A stretch of DNA of 64,000 bases from Promethearchaeota archaeon (GTDB lineage Archaea > Asgardarchaeota > Lokiarchaeia > Sigyniarchaeales > SOKP01): contig JBHLOI010000010.1 of NCBI GenBank assembly GCA_048940645.1, positions 1 through 64,000 on the forward strand, given 5' to 3'. This document shows positions 39,402 to 48,715 of the stretch, piece by piece. Made by a program: the position numbers and the translations under genes. The notes under the pieces were generated by a model, which saw only the letters and a program-made list of their open reading frames with translations, searched no databases and was not told the DNA's origin. The stretch's first letter is position 1. Every line of letters starts with the position of its first letter.

Positions 39402-39867
39402 TCAATTACTCACTTTTTTTTTGTTTAAAATTTTAATTTTATTGCGGTTTTATATATTGAAATATTTTTAAAAAGTCGATGAAATTTCTATATTTTCAAT
39501 TCTTTTTAAAATATTACCTTAATACTTAAACCTAATTACTTATATTTTAAATTTTACTAAATCTGGATAAATTAAACAATCCGATTAATCTGAGTTTAAA
39601 TCTCTACTAAAATATTCTTTTTAGTTTAAAATTGAAACTAAAAAAATTCTCAATTTAGACTTATAAGTTCAAGACTTCTAGTCAAATATCTGTAACTTAA
39701 AAAAAATTTAAGAAAATAAAAAAATCTAAATTTCCAATTTTATAATAAGGGTTAATTCTTACAATCTTTTATTCAATCACTCATATTTCAAATTATTTAT
39801 AAACAATAACTTTTAAAAAGTGGTAATCAAGATATTATTAACTAAAGCCCATTATTAATTTAATAAA

Positions 39868-40431
39868 ATGCAATTAGATAATATAGATAGACAAATATTA
39901 AACGCATTGTTTAAAAATGGTCGTGAGAGCTTAACAAACTTGGAGAAGGTTATAATTAAATCTGATACAGATACTATGAGTCATACAGGAATTGCCAAAC
40001 GGATAACGAAATTAGAAGAAAGCGGAGTTCTTAAGGTTCAAGCTAATACAAATATAAATAAACTTCAATATAAAGTTTTATTCTTATTAATGGAAATGAG
40101 TAATTTTGAAGAAGTGCAAAATATTATTAAAGCTTATCAAGATTGCCCTAGAGTTTTTTTGTTGGCCCCCGTAACTGGACAATATAATTTAATTTTAGGA
40201 ATAATAGGGCAAAATCTCGATGTTTTACATCGATATTTGAATTATTGCGGACCAACTAATAAAAAAGGAATTTTGCATTCCGCAACGATCTTTGCATCAG
40301 AATTTATTAAACCTAATTACATTCCTCTTAATTTATTCAGTCGGGAAAGCCAAGAAGATAAATGTGGAAATATTTGCAAAGAATGTGCAGCATATCTTGA
40401 TGGGAAATGCTATGGTTGCGGAAATTTTTAG
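39868..40431 (+). CDS. Lrp/AsnC-family transcription regulator with C-terminal Cys cluster
   Basis: LDNIDRQIL...KRITKLEESGVL HTH, TGQYNL and tail CGNICKECAAYLDGKCYGC. Confidence 0.88.
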   Translation: MQLDNIDRQILNALFKNGRESLTNLEKVIIKSDTDTMSHTGIAKRITKLEESGVLKVQANTNINKLQYKVLFLLMEMSNFEEVQNIIKAYQDCPRVFLLAPVTGQYNLILGIIGQNLDVLHRYLNYCGPTNKKGILHSATIFASEFIKPNYIPLNLFSRESQEDKCGNICKECAAYLDGKCYGCGNF

Positions 40432-40825
40432 ATAATTTTATAACTTAATTTTGCCGCTTTCCATTTATTAAATAATGTTTTAGTTTCAAGTATATTTAAG
40501 CCTTTTAATTAAGCTCTTACATTTTTTTTATGAATACCTTGCTTCTTAAAATCCTGTAAGCATTATCAGTTAAATTAATAACACTGTATCAAATACTATA
40601 TAATAAGTATAGCTGATATTAAAAAGAAAAAAGTATAATAATTAAGATGATTCCCTATAGCTTCTAATTTATGATAAAAATGTCGAGAAATTATTTCTAA
40701 AATGAATATTATCTAAATTTCCAGTAAATTTTAATAAAATTTAATAATTAAATAAATACAACTAATTTCTTTAAAATTAATTAGCTAATTTAAAAAAATA
40801 TAAAAAATAAAATAGGTAAAAGAAA

Positions 40826-42145
40826 ATGGCAGTAAAAGTTGCTTTTATGCAATGTTCTGATTGCTGGGGCTGTCACCAGAGCCTACTTAATGCTCATTTA
40901 GGCTTATTACCAGTACTCCCAGCATTAGATATTGTATATTGGCCAGCAGTAGTAGATTTTAAACATGATTCATTGAAATCGAGGCCTGACGGAGATATTT
41001 TAGTTGGATTTGTAGAAGGAAGCTTTAGAACTAATGAAGATATTGAAAATGCAAAACTAATGAGACAAAAATGCCAATTAATTATCTCATTTGGAAGTTG
41101 CTCATGTTATGGAAATGTTCATGGCTTAGCAAATCAATGGGATATTCAAGAACTCATCAAAAGAAAATTCAAGGACGCTGAATCAATTACCAACAAAGAT
41201 GAGGCTGGTGAACCTCAAAAACATGTTCCTGGGTTTACTGATAAAATAGTACCCTTAGATGAAATTATAAAGGTAGATGCCTATATTTCTGGTTGTCCGC
41301 CAAAACCAGAAGCAATTATTAGCTCTGTACAATTTTTACTTGGTCAAAAACCCCAACCTAAAGCAGAGAGGGCATTTTGTAATGATTGTATCTTGAGAGA
41401 AAGTGGATGTTTATTAGAAAAAAATACATTATGTTTTGGACCAATCACTAGTACAGGATGTTCATTAAAATGTACAAGTGATGGTAAACCTTGCGTTGGT
41501 TGTTTAGGACCATCTACTTCAGTAGATGCGAGAGTTAATAAGCTTGGCGATATGATTAAAAATATCGATTCCCTTAGTTCTGGAGACAAGAAGAACTTGT
41601 ATGAATTTCTTGCTCTCTTCTTAAACATTCCATTAATGGCAGGATTTGATCTAGCTGGAGATATTCTAAAACAAATTAAAAAGAGTGGCACTCCTCAAAC
41701 TCCTTTAGCAGGAATGCCTGATGAAACAACCAATATTGCTTCGAATATAATGGCCTATTTAAAAGATCACCGAGAATTCACAGAAATTTCAAACGTATGC
41801 GACACTTGTCCAAGAATTATTGGAAGTAAGTCTCAGATGACAAGAGTAAAGAGAGATTATGAAGGGTTACCTAATATGGATGATTGCTTTATTGAGCAAG
41901 GTTATCTTTGTGCGGGTCCAATTACTAAAGCTGGCTGTGGTGGTTTATGCATACGGGTCAATACTCCTTGTTCTGGTTGTTTTGGTCAAACAGAATGGAA
42001 AATTGATCAGGCAGAAAGATTTGCTGAAGTAGCAACAAAAGGCTTCAATGTGGCTTTATCAAAAGATGAACTTCTTTCCCAAATTAAGGATAAGATTGGT
42101 TTTACTGAAAAGTTCACATTAGCAGCTAATAAAAAATATAGGTAG
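40826..42145 (+). CDS. vhuG: F420-non-reducing hydrogenase small subunit VhuG/MvhG with duplicated Fe-S module
   Basis: CSDCWGCH, GSCSCYG, SGCPP and two distal cluster modules. Directly upstream of the large subunit. Confidence 0.9.
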   Translation: MAVKVAFMQCSDCWGCHQSLLNAHLGLLPVLPALDIVYWPAVVDFKHDSLKSRPDGDILVGFVEGSFRTNEDIENAKLMRQKCQLIISFGSCSCYGNVHGLANQWDIQELIKRKFKDAESITNKDEAGEPQKHVPGFTDKIVPLDEIIKVDAYISGCPPKPEAIISSVQFLLGQKPQPKAERAFCNDCILRESGCLLEKNTLCFGPITSTGCSLKCTSDGKPCVGCLGPSTSVDARVNKLGDMIKNIDSLSSGDKKNLYEFLALFLNIPLMAGFDLAGDILKQIKKSGTPQTPLAGMPDETTNIASNIMAYLKDHREFTEISNVCDTCPRIIGSKSQMTRVKRDYEGLPNMDDCFIEQGYLCAGPITKAGCGGLCIRVNTPCSGCFGQTEWKIDQAERFAEVATKGFNVALSKDELLSQIKDKIGFTEKFTLAANKKYR

Positions 42146-42157
42146 GTGAAATTAAAA

Positions 42158-43462
42158 ATGGTAAAAGAAATTGAAGTAGAACCTGTCACTCGATTAGAGG
42201 GGCATGGAGGATTAAGATTAGTATTAGGTGATGATGGAAAAGTTCAAGATGTACAATTTAATATCACTTCTACAAGATTTTTTGAAAAATTTTTAGAAGG
42301 TCGTTATTGCGAACACATTCCAAGAATAACACCAAGAATTTGCGGAATTTGCCCAATCCCACATCATTTAGCTCCAACAAAAGCAGTAGAAGATGCGTGG
42401 GGAGTTGAAATTCCTACTCCGGCATATAAATTAAGACAATTATTAATTAATGCTAAACAATATAGTTCTCATGCATTACATTTCTATGCTCTTGCGGCAC
42501 CAGATTTTTTACTTGGTCCATTTGCTGATCCTGCGTTACGGAATGTTGTTCACGTAATCAGCCAAATGCCTGATGTTGGAGCAATGGCGTTAAAGATGAT
42601 GGATTTTGGACAGAAATTATGTGCTGCTATTGGAGGTAAATCAGTTCATCCTATTTCAGCAATTGTAGGTGGAATGAAGAAGGCATTGGATGAAGATGTT
42701 CGCAATCAATTTATAAAACAAATTGATGACCAAGTAGAATGGACTAAGAAGACTGTTGATATTGGCCTTAAAGTTGTTGAAGATTATTGGGATGTAGTAG
42801 CAAACGTAGGTGTTGTACCAACATACTATGCTGGAATGACTAAAAATGGTATTCATGACATATATGAAGGAGATCTTAGAATAGTCACTCCTGATGGTAA
42901 GAAAATCGATTATGATTTCCACGATTATTTAGATGCTTTAGGTGAACATATACCTAAACATTCTTATGCAACTCACATGTATTATAAACCTGCTGGCTAT
43001 CCTGAAGGTATATATCGCGCAAATACATTAGCAATGATTAACGCAGCAGATAAAATGGCTACACCATTAGCAGATGAAGCATTACAAGCTATGAGGTCAA
43101 AAGTAGGTCAAATATCACATCACACCTTTGCTTATCACTGGGCACGCTTGATTGAATTAGTTGAATCAATAGAAATGATAGCAACGTTACTTAAAGATCC
43201 AGATATCGTGAATCCAGATTGTAAAACCTTAGATGTACAACCTAGGGAAGCCGAAGGAGTTGGTTTGGTTGAAGCTCCACGAGGTTTGTTATTATACCAT
43301 ATATTTTCAGATGCAGATGGACTTTGTAAGAAAGCAAATCTATTAGTTGCTACAAACCATAATATCGCTGGAATAGAAAAGACATTAATGCATGTTGCAA
43401 AGCAAGTATTTGAAGACAACGCATTAGATGGATTAAAATTACCAGACCCCTGGATTAAATAA
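42158..43462 (+). CDS. vhuA: [NiFeSe] hydrogenase large subunit lacking the C-terminal Ni-binding peptide (likely start ATG 42158)
   Basis: PVTRLEGHG, RICGICP, EAPRG and VATNHN. There is no DPCxxC; that motif is supplied by the downstream vhuU. Confidence 0.93.
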   Translation: MVKEIEVEPVTRLEGHGGLRLVLGDDGKVQDVQFNITSTRFFEKFLEGRYCEHIPRITPRICGICPIPHHLAPTKAVEDAWGVEIPTPAYKLRQLLINAKQYSSHALHFYALAAPDFLLGPFADPALRNVVHVISQMPDVGAMALKMMDFGQKLCAAIGGKSVHPISAIVGGMKKALDEDVRNQFIKQIDDQVEWTKKTVDIGLKVVEDYWDVVANVGVVPTYYAGMTKNGIHDIYEGDLRIVTPDGKKIDYDFHDYLDALGEHIPKHSYATHMYYKPAGYPEGIYRANTLAMINAADKMATPLADEALQAMRSKVGQISHHTFAYHWARLIELVESIEMIATLLKDPDIVNPDCKTLDVQPREAEGVGLVEAPRGLLLYHIFSDADGLCKKANLLVATNHNIAGIEKTLMHVAKQVFEDNALDGLKLPDPWIK

Positions 43463-43486
43463 AGGTAGAATTAAGGAGGAAAAAAA

Positions 43487-43639
43487 ATGAGTGAAGATGT
43501 ACCAGAAGGAGTAGTAAACCTTCTTGAAATGATAGTTAGATGTTTTGATTGCTGACTATCGTGTGCCGCACATATCACAGTTGTGAAAGAAAACGGCGAG
43601 GAGGTTTATTCTCGTAAATTGAATGTTGGCTTAGGATGA
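43487..43639 (+). CDS. vhuU: Unannotated selenoprotein VhuU (Sec UGA at 43553-43555)
   Basis: SD AGGAGG. MSEDVPEGVVNLLEMIVRCFDC-U-LSCAAHITVVKENGEEVYSRKLNVGLG*. The TGA sits exactly at the Ni-ligand position of the DP(C/U)xxCxxH motif. Confidence 0.92.
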
Positions 43640-43695
43640 ATATCTAATAAAAATAATAGATTGGATATAACTGCCCTTGCTCGGGTTAAAGCCAA
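43626..43695 (+). promoter_or_regulatory. Candidate SECIS element for vhuU
   Basis: ATGA at 43636-43639, stem ATATCTAAT/ATTGGATAT (or ATCTA/TAGAT followed by GA at 43664), A-run loop at 43649-43653 and outer helix TTGGCTT/AAGCCAA. Confidence 0.6.
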
Positions 43696-43741
43696 AAAAT
43701 ATATGAAATGATTTGAAAAAGATAGGATAGAGTGAGAAAAA

Positions 43742-44248
43742 ATGGCAACAGATTTCGAATTTAGAAAACAAGTTATGGATTTTCATGTGGGGTCTGATGT
43801 AATCAAATATTGTTATCAATGTAGTCGCTGTGCCGATAATTGTCCAGTTACAAAAGTAACCACAGATTTTTATGGCACTACAGGATATAATCCAAGAAGT
43901 AATATTTTAAATGCATTGTTAGGATACAAAGATGCTATTTTTACCGAAGATCCATTAGTTATTTGGGGGTGTACTGTTTGTGATACCTGTGATGAAGTAT
44001 GTCCGCAAAGCATTGAGTTAACTGAAATATTTACCTTGCTAAAAAATATGTCTATTAAACAAGGAGAGGGTCCTGAATTTATTTATTCTCAAGCAAAAGC
44101 AATATTTGAGAATGCGAAAGCTATTCCATCACAACCAGCAATTGAAAGAAGAAGAGACCAATTAGGCTTACCAGCTGTAGCTACACCTGACGTAAATGAA
44201 ATTCAGACCTTAATGAAAAATATTGGAGCTGATAAAAAGCTCAAATAA
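43742..44248 (+). CDS. hdrC: Heterodisulfide reductase subunit C (second copy)
   Basis: CYQCSRCADNCP and WGCTVCDTCDEVCP. Confidence 0.9.
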   Translation: MATDFEFRKQVMDFHVGSDVIKYCYQCSRCADNCPVTKVTTDFYGTTGYNPRSNILNALLGYKDAIFTEDPLVIWGCTVCDTCDEVCPQSIELTEIFTLLKNMSIKQGEGPEFIYSQAKAIFENAKAIPSQPAIERRRDQLGLPAVATPDVNEIQTLMKNIGADKKLK

Positions 44249-44262
44249 AAGGAGGGATGTAA

Positions 44263-45135
44263 ATGACAGAATACAAATTATTTGAAGGTTGCACCATTGG
44301 AAACAGAATTCCTTTTATTGAAGCTGCTTCAAGAAAGGTTTTTGAAAAAGTTGGGATCGAAACATCTCAGGCTCCATTTACGTGTTGTCCGGATCCAACA
44401 GGTATGAAAAGCTTTGACAATAATTCTTGGTTGGCAATAGGTGCTAGGAATCTATGTCTAGCAGAAGCTGAAGGTAAAGATATTTTATCATTATGTAATG
44501 GATGTGCTAACACACTAAGAGGAGTACAGCATCAATTAAAGCATGATTCACTGAAAAAACAGAAAGTCAATGAACAATTAGCCAAAATTGGTAAAGAATT
44601 CAAGGGAACTATAAATGTTAAACATTTTGTTGATGAATTAAAGGATAATCTCGATAAAGTAAAAGGTGCAATTACCAAACCCTTGAGTGGATTAAAAGTT
44701 GCTGTTCATCCAGGATGCCATTATATGAGGCCTGCTGAGTGGATGGAAGCAGATGATCCAATGCGTCCTGAGAATTTAAAGAAAATTGTTACTGAAAGTG
44801 GAGCAACTGTCATAGATTATGAAGAAATGGTTTTATGTTGTGGATCTGCGGTTACCAATGCTTACGAAGAACACGGTTTAGCAAACTTTAAAATTAAAAT
44901 GGATAGCATAAAGAAAGCTGGAGCAGATGTAATATGTGTAAATTGCCCGGCTTGCTTTCAGCAATTTGATACACGACAACGGGATTTAGGAAAGAAATAT
45001 GAAACAGATTATGATATCCCAGTACTATACTTAACTGAACTGTTATCTTTAGCAATGGGAGTTAGTCCTGATGAAATAGGACTAAAATTCCATAGAACTC
45101 GCATGAAGTCCCAATTAGAAAAACTAGGTTTGTAA
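44263..45135 (+). CDS. hdrB: Heterodisulfide reductase subunit B (second copy)
   Basis: FEGC, CCPDP, CNGC, HPGCH, CCGS and CPAC. Confidence 0.92.
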   Translation: MTEYKLFEGCTIGNRIPFIEAASRKVFEKVGIETSQAPFTCCPDPTGMKSFDNNSWLAIGARNLCLAEAEGKDILSLCNGCANTLRGVQHQLKHDSLKKQKVNEQLAKIGKEFKGTINVKHFVDELKDNLDKVKGAITKPLSGLKVAVHPGCHYMRPAEWMEADDPMRPENLKKIVTESGATVIDYEEMVLCCGSAVTNAYEEHGLANFKIKMDSIKKAGADVICVNCPACFQQFDTRQRDLGKKYETDYDIPVLYLTELLSLAMGVSPDEIGLKFHRTRMKSQLEKLGL

Positions 45136-45136
45136 A

Positions 45137-45179
45137 ATAGGTTAATAACCTATACAAAATTTTTTTATTTTAATTTTTT
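45137..45179 (+). terminator. Inverted repeat plus T-rich tract after hdrB
   Basis: ATAGGTTA-A-TAACCTAT (45137-45153) followed by T runs. Confidence 0.5.
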
Positions 45180-45297
45180 ATCAACTTTTTTAAATTTAAT
45201 TTTTTACGCTGTAAAATTTAAATACCAATGAATAAAAAATATCATTATTATTGGGTATATTAGAATATTTTAATTAATCAAATTAAAGTAGGTATTA

Positions 45298-46089
45298 TTG
45301 ATGGTTCCTGTTAAATTTGAGCGCCAACCACCATGGTTTTTTCAATATATTGAAAATTACTCACACGTTTTGCTTGATATCAAATTTCATAAATGCGAAG
45401 ATATTAAGGAAAGATTAGATTTTGCTATAGATTTAGATCTTAGGGGATTTGAAGGATTATTATTCTATATTTATAGACCAAATCATAATTTATTAAAATT
45501 TGACATTATTGACCATAAAGAAGATTTTATTCATAAATTAGATGAATTATATTTAAGTATTAATCATAAATCCTCAATTCAAGCATTAGATTTTATTTTT
45601 ATTCCTTTTGGACATTTTACAGAAAGTAATAAATTTATACCCAATATAAAATCTAGATATACCGAGCCTACTTATCAAATATTTACTTGGTCTCCTTCTT
45701 TATTATTCAAGAAAGTTAAATCTATAATTAAAATTGACAATAAATATACCGAATTAATACCTTTAGATGATGTTTATGGGTATTATTATAATTTTGATAT
45801 CTCTTTTAAAGGAAATAAAACAGAATATCTTTTTAATTTAATTAATGTTTTATGTACTTTTGACAATTCACCTCGTTATGAATCAATAGTTTCAGAAATA
45901 AAATCACTAATATCAAAATCCAATGAATATTTGTTCGAGCTTTATCAAACAGAACTTCCTATTGAGATGCAAAACTTATTAAGAGAATTAGAACGTTTAA
46001 AATTTAATATAGACAATTTAAGCCGAGAAGAAATTTTTAACTGGCTCGACGACCTAATCGCCTTTTATTCAAAAAGAACTCAAGAATGA
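45298..46089 (+). CDS. Hypothetical protein
   Basis: 263-aa ORF whose 3' end is repeated as a remnant at 47942-48037. Confidence 0.7.
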   Translation: MMVPVKFERQPPWFFQYIENYSHVLLDIKFHKCEDIKERLDFAIDLDLRGFEGLLFYIYRPNHNLLKFDIIDHKEDFIHKLDELYLSINHKSSIQALDFIFIPFGHFTESNKFIPNIKSRYTEPTYQIFTWSPSLLFKKVKSIIKIDNKYTELIPLDDVYGYYYNFDISFKGNKTEYLFNLINVLCTFDNSPRYESIVSEIKSLISKSNEYLFELYQTELPIEMQNLLRELERLKFNIDNLSREEIFNWLDDLIAFYSKRTQE

Positions 46090-46277
46090 GCCTACTAATA
46101 TGGTTTAACTGTCTAACTGCTCCGCATGGACGACTTCGAAGAATAATCTAATTTATTTGAAAATTAGATGAATTAGATTTATATTGATTATAATTTTTTT
46201 ATAGATTTTATCAAGTTCTTTTTTGAATTTCATTTGAAATTAATAAATTTATAAAAAGATGTTGTATAAATTATATC

Positions 46278-47144
46278 TTGGAGAGCGTTATAATGAATTA
46301 TCATATTACCTTATCATATTTTGATACTAAAATTGGCCCAGAAATATTTTATTCTTATCCTAAACAAGACACAGATGAGGAAATTGCAAGTCAGATAGTA
46401 AATATTATGGATCAAAATATATCGGAAAGCTTTTTTATGTTTAATTTTAATAGTATTTATTTATTTAATTATAAATTCGAAATTCAATCTCCCTGGTCGC
46501 GAGGAGATTACATACCATTAATGATTTCAGCTGTTTTTTTCCAGCGCCCTTCTATTGAGACTGAAAAAACCATTTTAAGCCTCTCCATTGAATTTTCAGA
46601 ATGGTTAAAATCTAAAGATGATGTTTTTAGTGCTTTTTTTAGAAATACGGTAAAATATAGTGAAAGTAATAATAATAGAGAATTGATTGATAAAAATATC
46701 GATTTAATTCAATTATGGATTAAAGAGCTTTATGGAGCAATATCAGATGAAATTCAAGAAAGAATTGAAAAAGAAGTCATAATAGATATCCTCAATAAGG
46801 AAAATACTATAAAAACCTTAAAGTATTTATTAGAAAATCCAATCTCTCTTCTTCAATTAAAAGAATGGTATACTCACAATTTTCCTAATCAGAACTTTTA
46901 TAGTCTAATAATCAAATTAATGAAATATCAAATGATTTATATTCCCGATTTCGATAAATATAAGAAAGCACCATTTAGAATATACGTTTCTGATAAGATC
47001 AAATCGATCATAAATTTAACCTTATTTAAAAATAAATTACTTAATAGTTATATTGAAGAACTTCAAGAATCAGCGTCAAAACCTCAGGAAAGTCAAGCTA
47101 GAAATTTAAAAGAATTATTAGATAATAGCTTAATAAATAAATAA
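46278..47144 (+). CDS. Putative longin/uDENN-like domain protein
   Basis: N-terminal LSYFDTKIGPEIFYSYP hairpin resembles the FDxxxGP...YP start of uDENN/longin domains. Confidence 0.5.
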   Translation: MESVIMNYHITLSYFDTKIGPEIFYSYPKQDTDEEIASQIVNIMDQNISESFFMFNFNSIYLFNYKFEIQSPWSRGDYIPLMISAVFFQRPSIETEKTILSLSIEFSEWLKSKDDVFSAFFRNTVKYSESNNNRELIDKNIDLIQLWIKELYGAISDEIQERIEKEVIIDILNKENTIKTLKYLLENPISLLQLKEWYTHNFPNQNFYSLIIKLMKYQMIYIPDFDKYKKAPFRIYVSDKIKSIINLTLFKNKLLNSYIEELQESASKPQESQARNLKELLDNSLINK

Positions 47145-47254
47145 TTAAAAAGTAGAATTATGCAAATTTTTCAAAAATAAATTATAATCATTTTTGATAA
47201 ATTTTATATGACCGTAAAATGAAATAAAATTTACCCAATGTTTGATGAGCTAAA

Positions 47255-47884
47255 ATGGCTATGTTAACATGGATTTATTTTATCCTTTTTATCCTTGTGT
47301 ACTTATTTCTCATTTTAGGAAGTAAGGATCTAAAAAAGCACAATTTTGTGTCGACTAAACTCTTAATTATTATCGGTATATTACTTTTAGTTTGGTATAT
47401 TTTGCTATATATTTGCTATATGTTTCCTACACCAACGGAAACAATTACACGTTTTATCTATCTCTTTTTTCTTGGATTTGGTTTTATAAGATTTGGGATA
47501 ATTTACCAAGTTTTACATATTATATTAGGAATCGGATTAATTAAGGTCGGAAGTAATAATAGAGAGCAAGGTGGAAAAGTCATGTTAGTTGGTGGTGTTT
47601 TATATCTACTAGCTTGGTCACTTAACACAATAGGATGGATTTTTGATTTAAACTATATTGTAGGATTTTTTGGTTTTCCAATCCCATCTGCTATTTTTTA
47701 CATTATTTCCATTATGTATTGGTTTTTTAATATCGTGAGTCTTGCAGCAGTAAATCTAATCTTTATTTTCAGTATCTTTACTAAGAGACCTTTATTTATA
47801 GTATTTGGTGCTTTATTTTTAGCAGTTTATTCAATTCAGTTCTCAATGTTCATTAATTTCTATTTCTTAGGGTTAGTGCCCTAG
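47255..47884 (+). CDS. Hypothetical membrane protein
   Basis: About 6 hydrophobic helices. Confidence 0.75.
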   Translation: MAMLTWIYFILFILVYLFLILGSKDLKKHNFVSTKLLIIIGILLLVWYILLYICYMFPTPTETITRFIYLFFLGFGFIRFGIIYQVLHIILGIGLIKVGSNNREQGGKVMLVGGVLYLLAWSLNTIGWIFDLNYIVGFFGFPIPSAIFYIISIMYWFFNIVSLAAVNLIFIFSIFTKRPLFIVFGALFLAVYSIQFSMFINFYFLGLVP

Positions 47885-47941
47885 TTTAAGAGGTTATGAA
47901 GATGGTAATCTTCATTAATATCTATTTTTTATAAGAAGTAG

Positions 47942-48037
47942 CGCTTAAAATTTAATATAGATAATTTAACGAAGGAAGAAATATTTAATTGGTTAGGTGA
48001 TTTGATCGATTTTTATTCCAGAAGGACTCAAGAATAA
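47942..48037 (+). pseudogene. 3' remnant of a paralog of 45298..46089
   Basis: RLKFNIDNLTKEEIFNWLGDLIDFYSRRTQE* versus RLKFNIDNLSREEIFNWLDDLIAFYSKRTQE*. No start codon; in-frame TAG immediately upstream. Confidence 0.85.
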
Positions 48038-48109
48038 ATTATAATCACAATTCTTTTTTATATGATAACATTTACAAATTTAAATCTAAATTATTTAATT
48101 TGAAAACCT

Positions 48110-48358
48110 ATGTGTCTTGCTATACCTGGAAAAATAATAAAACTAAATGATGATGGAACCACTGCTCTTGTTGATTTTGATGGAATACAACAAAATGTAA
48201 TAATTGCGTTAATTATGAATCCTGAGATCGGAAAATATGTAATTGTCCATGCAGGTTATGCAATAGAACAGATGAATGAGAAGGAAGCAACGGAAGCATT
48301 AGAACAGTGGAAAGAGATCGCAGAGGATCAGGATTTAGACCTTTTAGATATGTTATAA
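48110..48358 (+). CDS. hypC: Hydrogenase assembly chaperone HypC
   Basis: MCLAIPG and YVIVHAGYAI. Confidence 0.96.
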   Translation: MCLAIPGKIIKLNDDGTTALVDFDGIQQNVIIALIMNPEIGKYVIVHAGYAIEQMNEKEATEALEQWKEIAEDQDLDLLDML

Positions 48359-48401
48359 CAGTAGAATTTATTTTTAAATTAATATTAAAATCTAAAACAA
48401 A

Positions 48402-48590
48402 CTATTTGGATTTTTTCTTTTTATTGTCTAAAGAATTCATTATGATATATTGAGCACCAGAGAAAATTGAAATTCCTATAAACACAAGAACTATCAAATT
48501 AACTATTAGGTCGTTAGTTCCTACCGTTTCTAAAGTTAGAGCGATACATAATGAAATCATTCCTAATACCAATAGATTCTCTTTTTTCAA
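48402..48590 (-). CDS. Small 2-TM membrane protein
   Basis: Two hydrophobic helices, a basic tail and SD GGAGGGAG upstream of TTG. Confidence 0.65.
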   Translation of the reverse strand: MKKENLLVLGMISLCIALTLETVGTNDLIVNLIVLVFIGISIFSGAQYIIMNSLDNKKKKSK

Positions 48591-48715
48591 ATCAAACTCC
48601 CTCCTTTTATTAATTTATTATTTTTTGGATTTCTCCAATCAGTGTATATCAAAATAAGTTATAAAAGTAAAATCTATATAGACTATATAGATAAAAAAAT
48701 GAAAACTATTGGATT

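Noticed and set aside
43487-44248. vhuU is in frame with hdrC with only TGA stops between them (43553, 43637, 43709, 43733), suggesting a multi-Sec VhuU-HdrC read-through fusion
   Set aside because: The linker is better explained as SECIS plus ribosome-binding site. VhuU is normally cleaved after its His, hdrC has its own ATG, and an open stretch of about 34 codons can arise by chance.
47896-47915. ATGAAGAT-GGTA-ATCTTCAT hairpin beginning with ATGA as a second SECIS
   Set aside because: No upstream UGA-containing gene and no GA/AA features. More likely a simple 3' hairpin.
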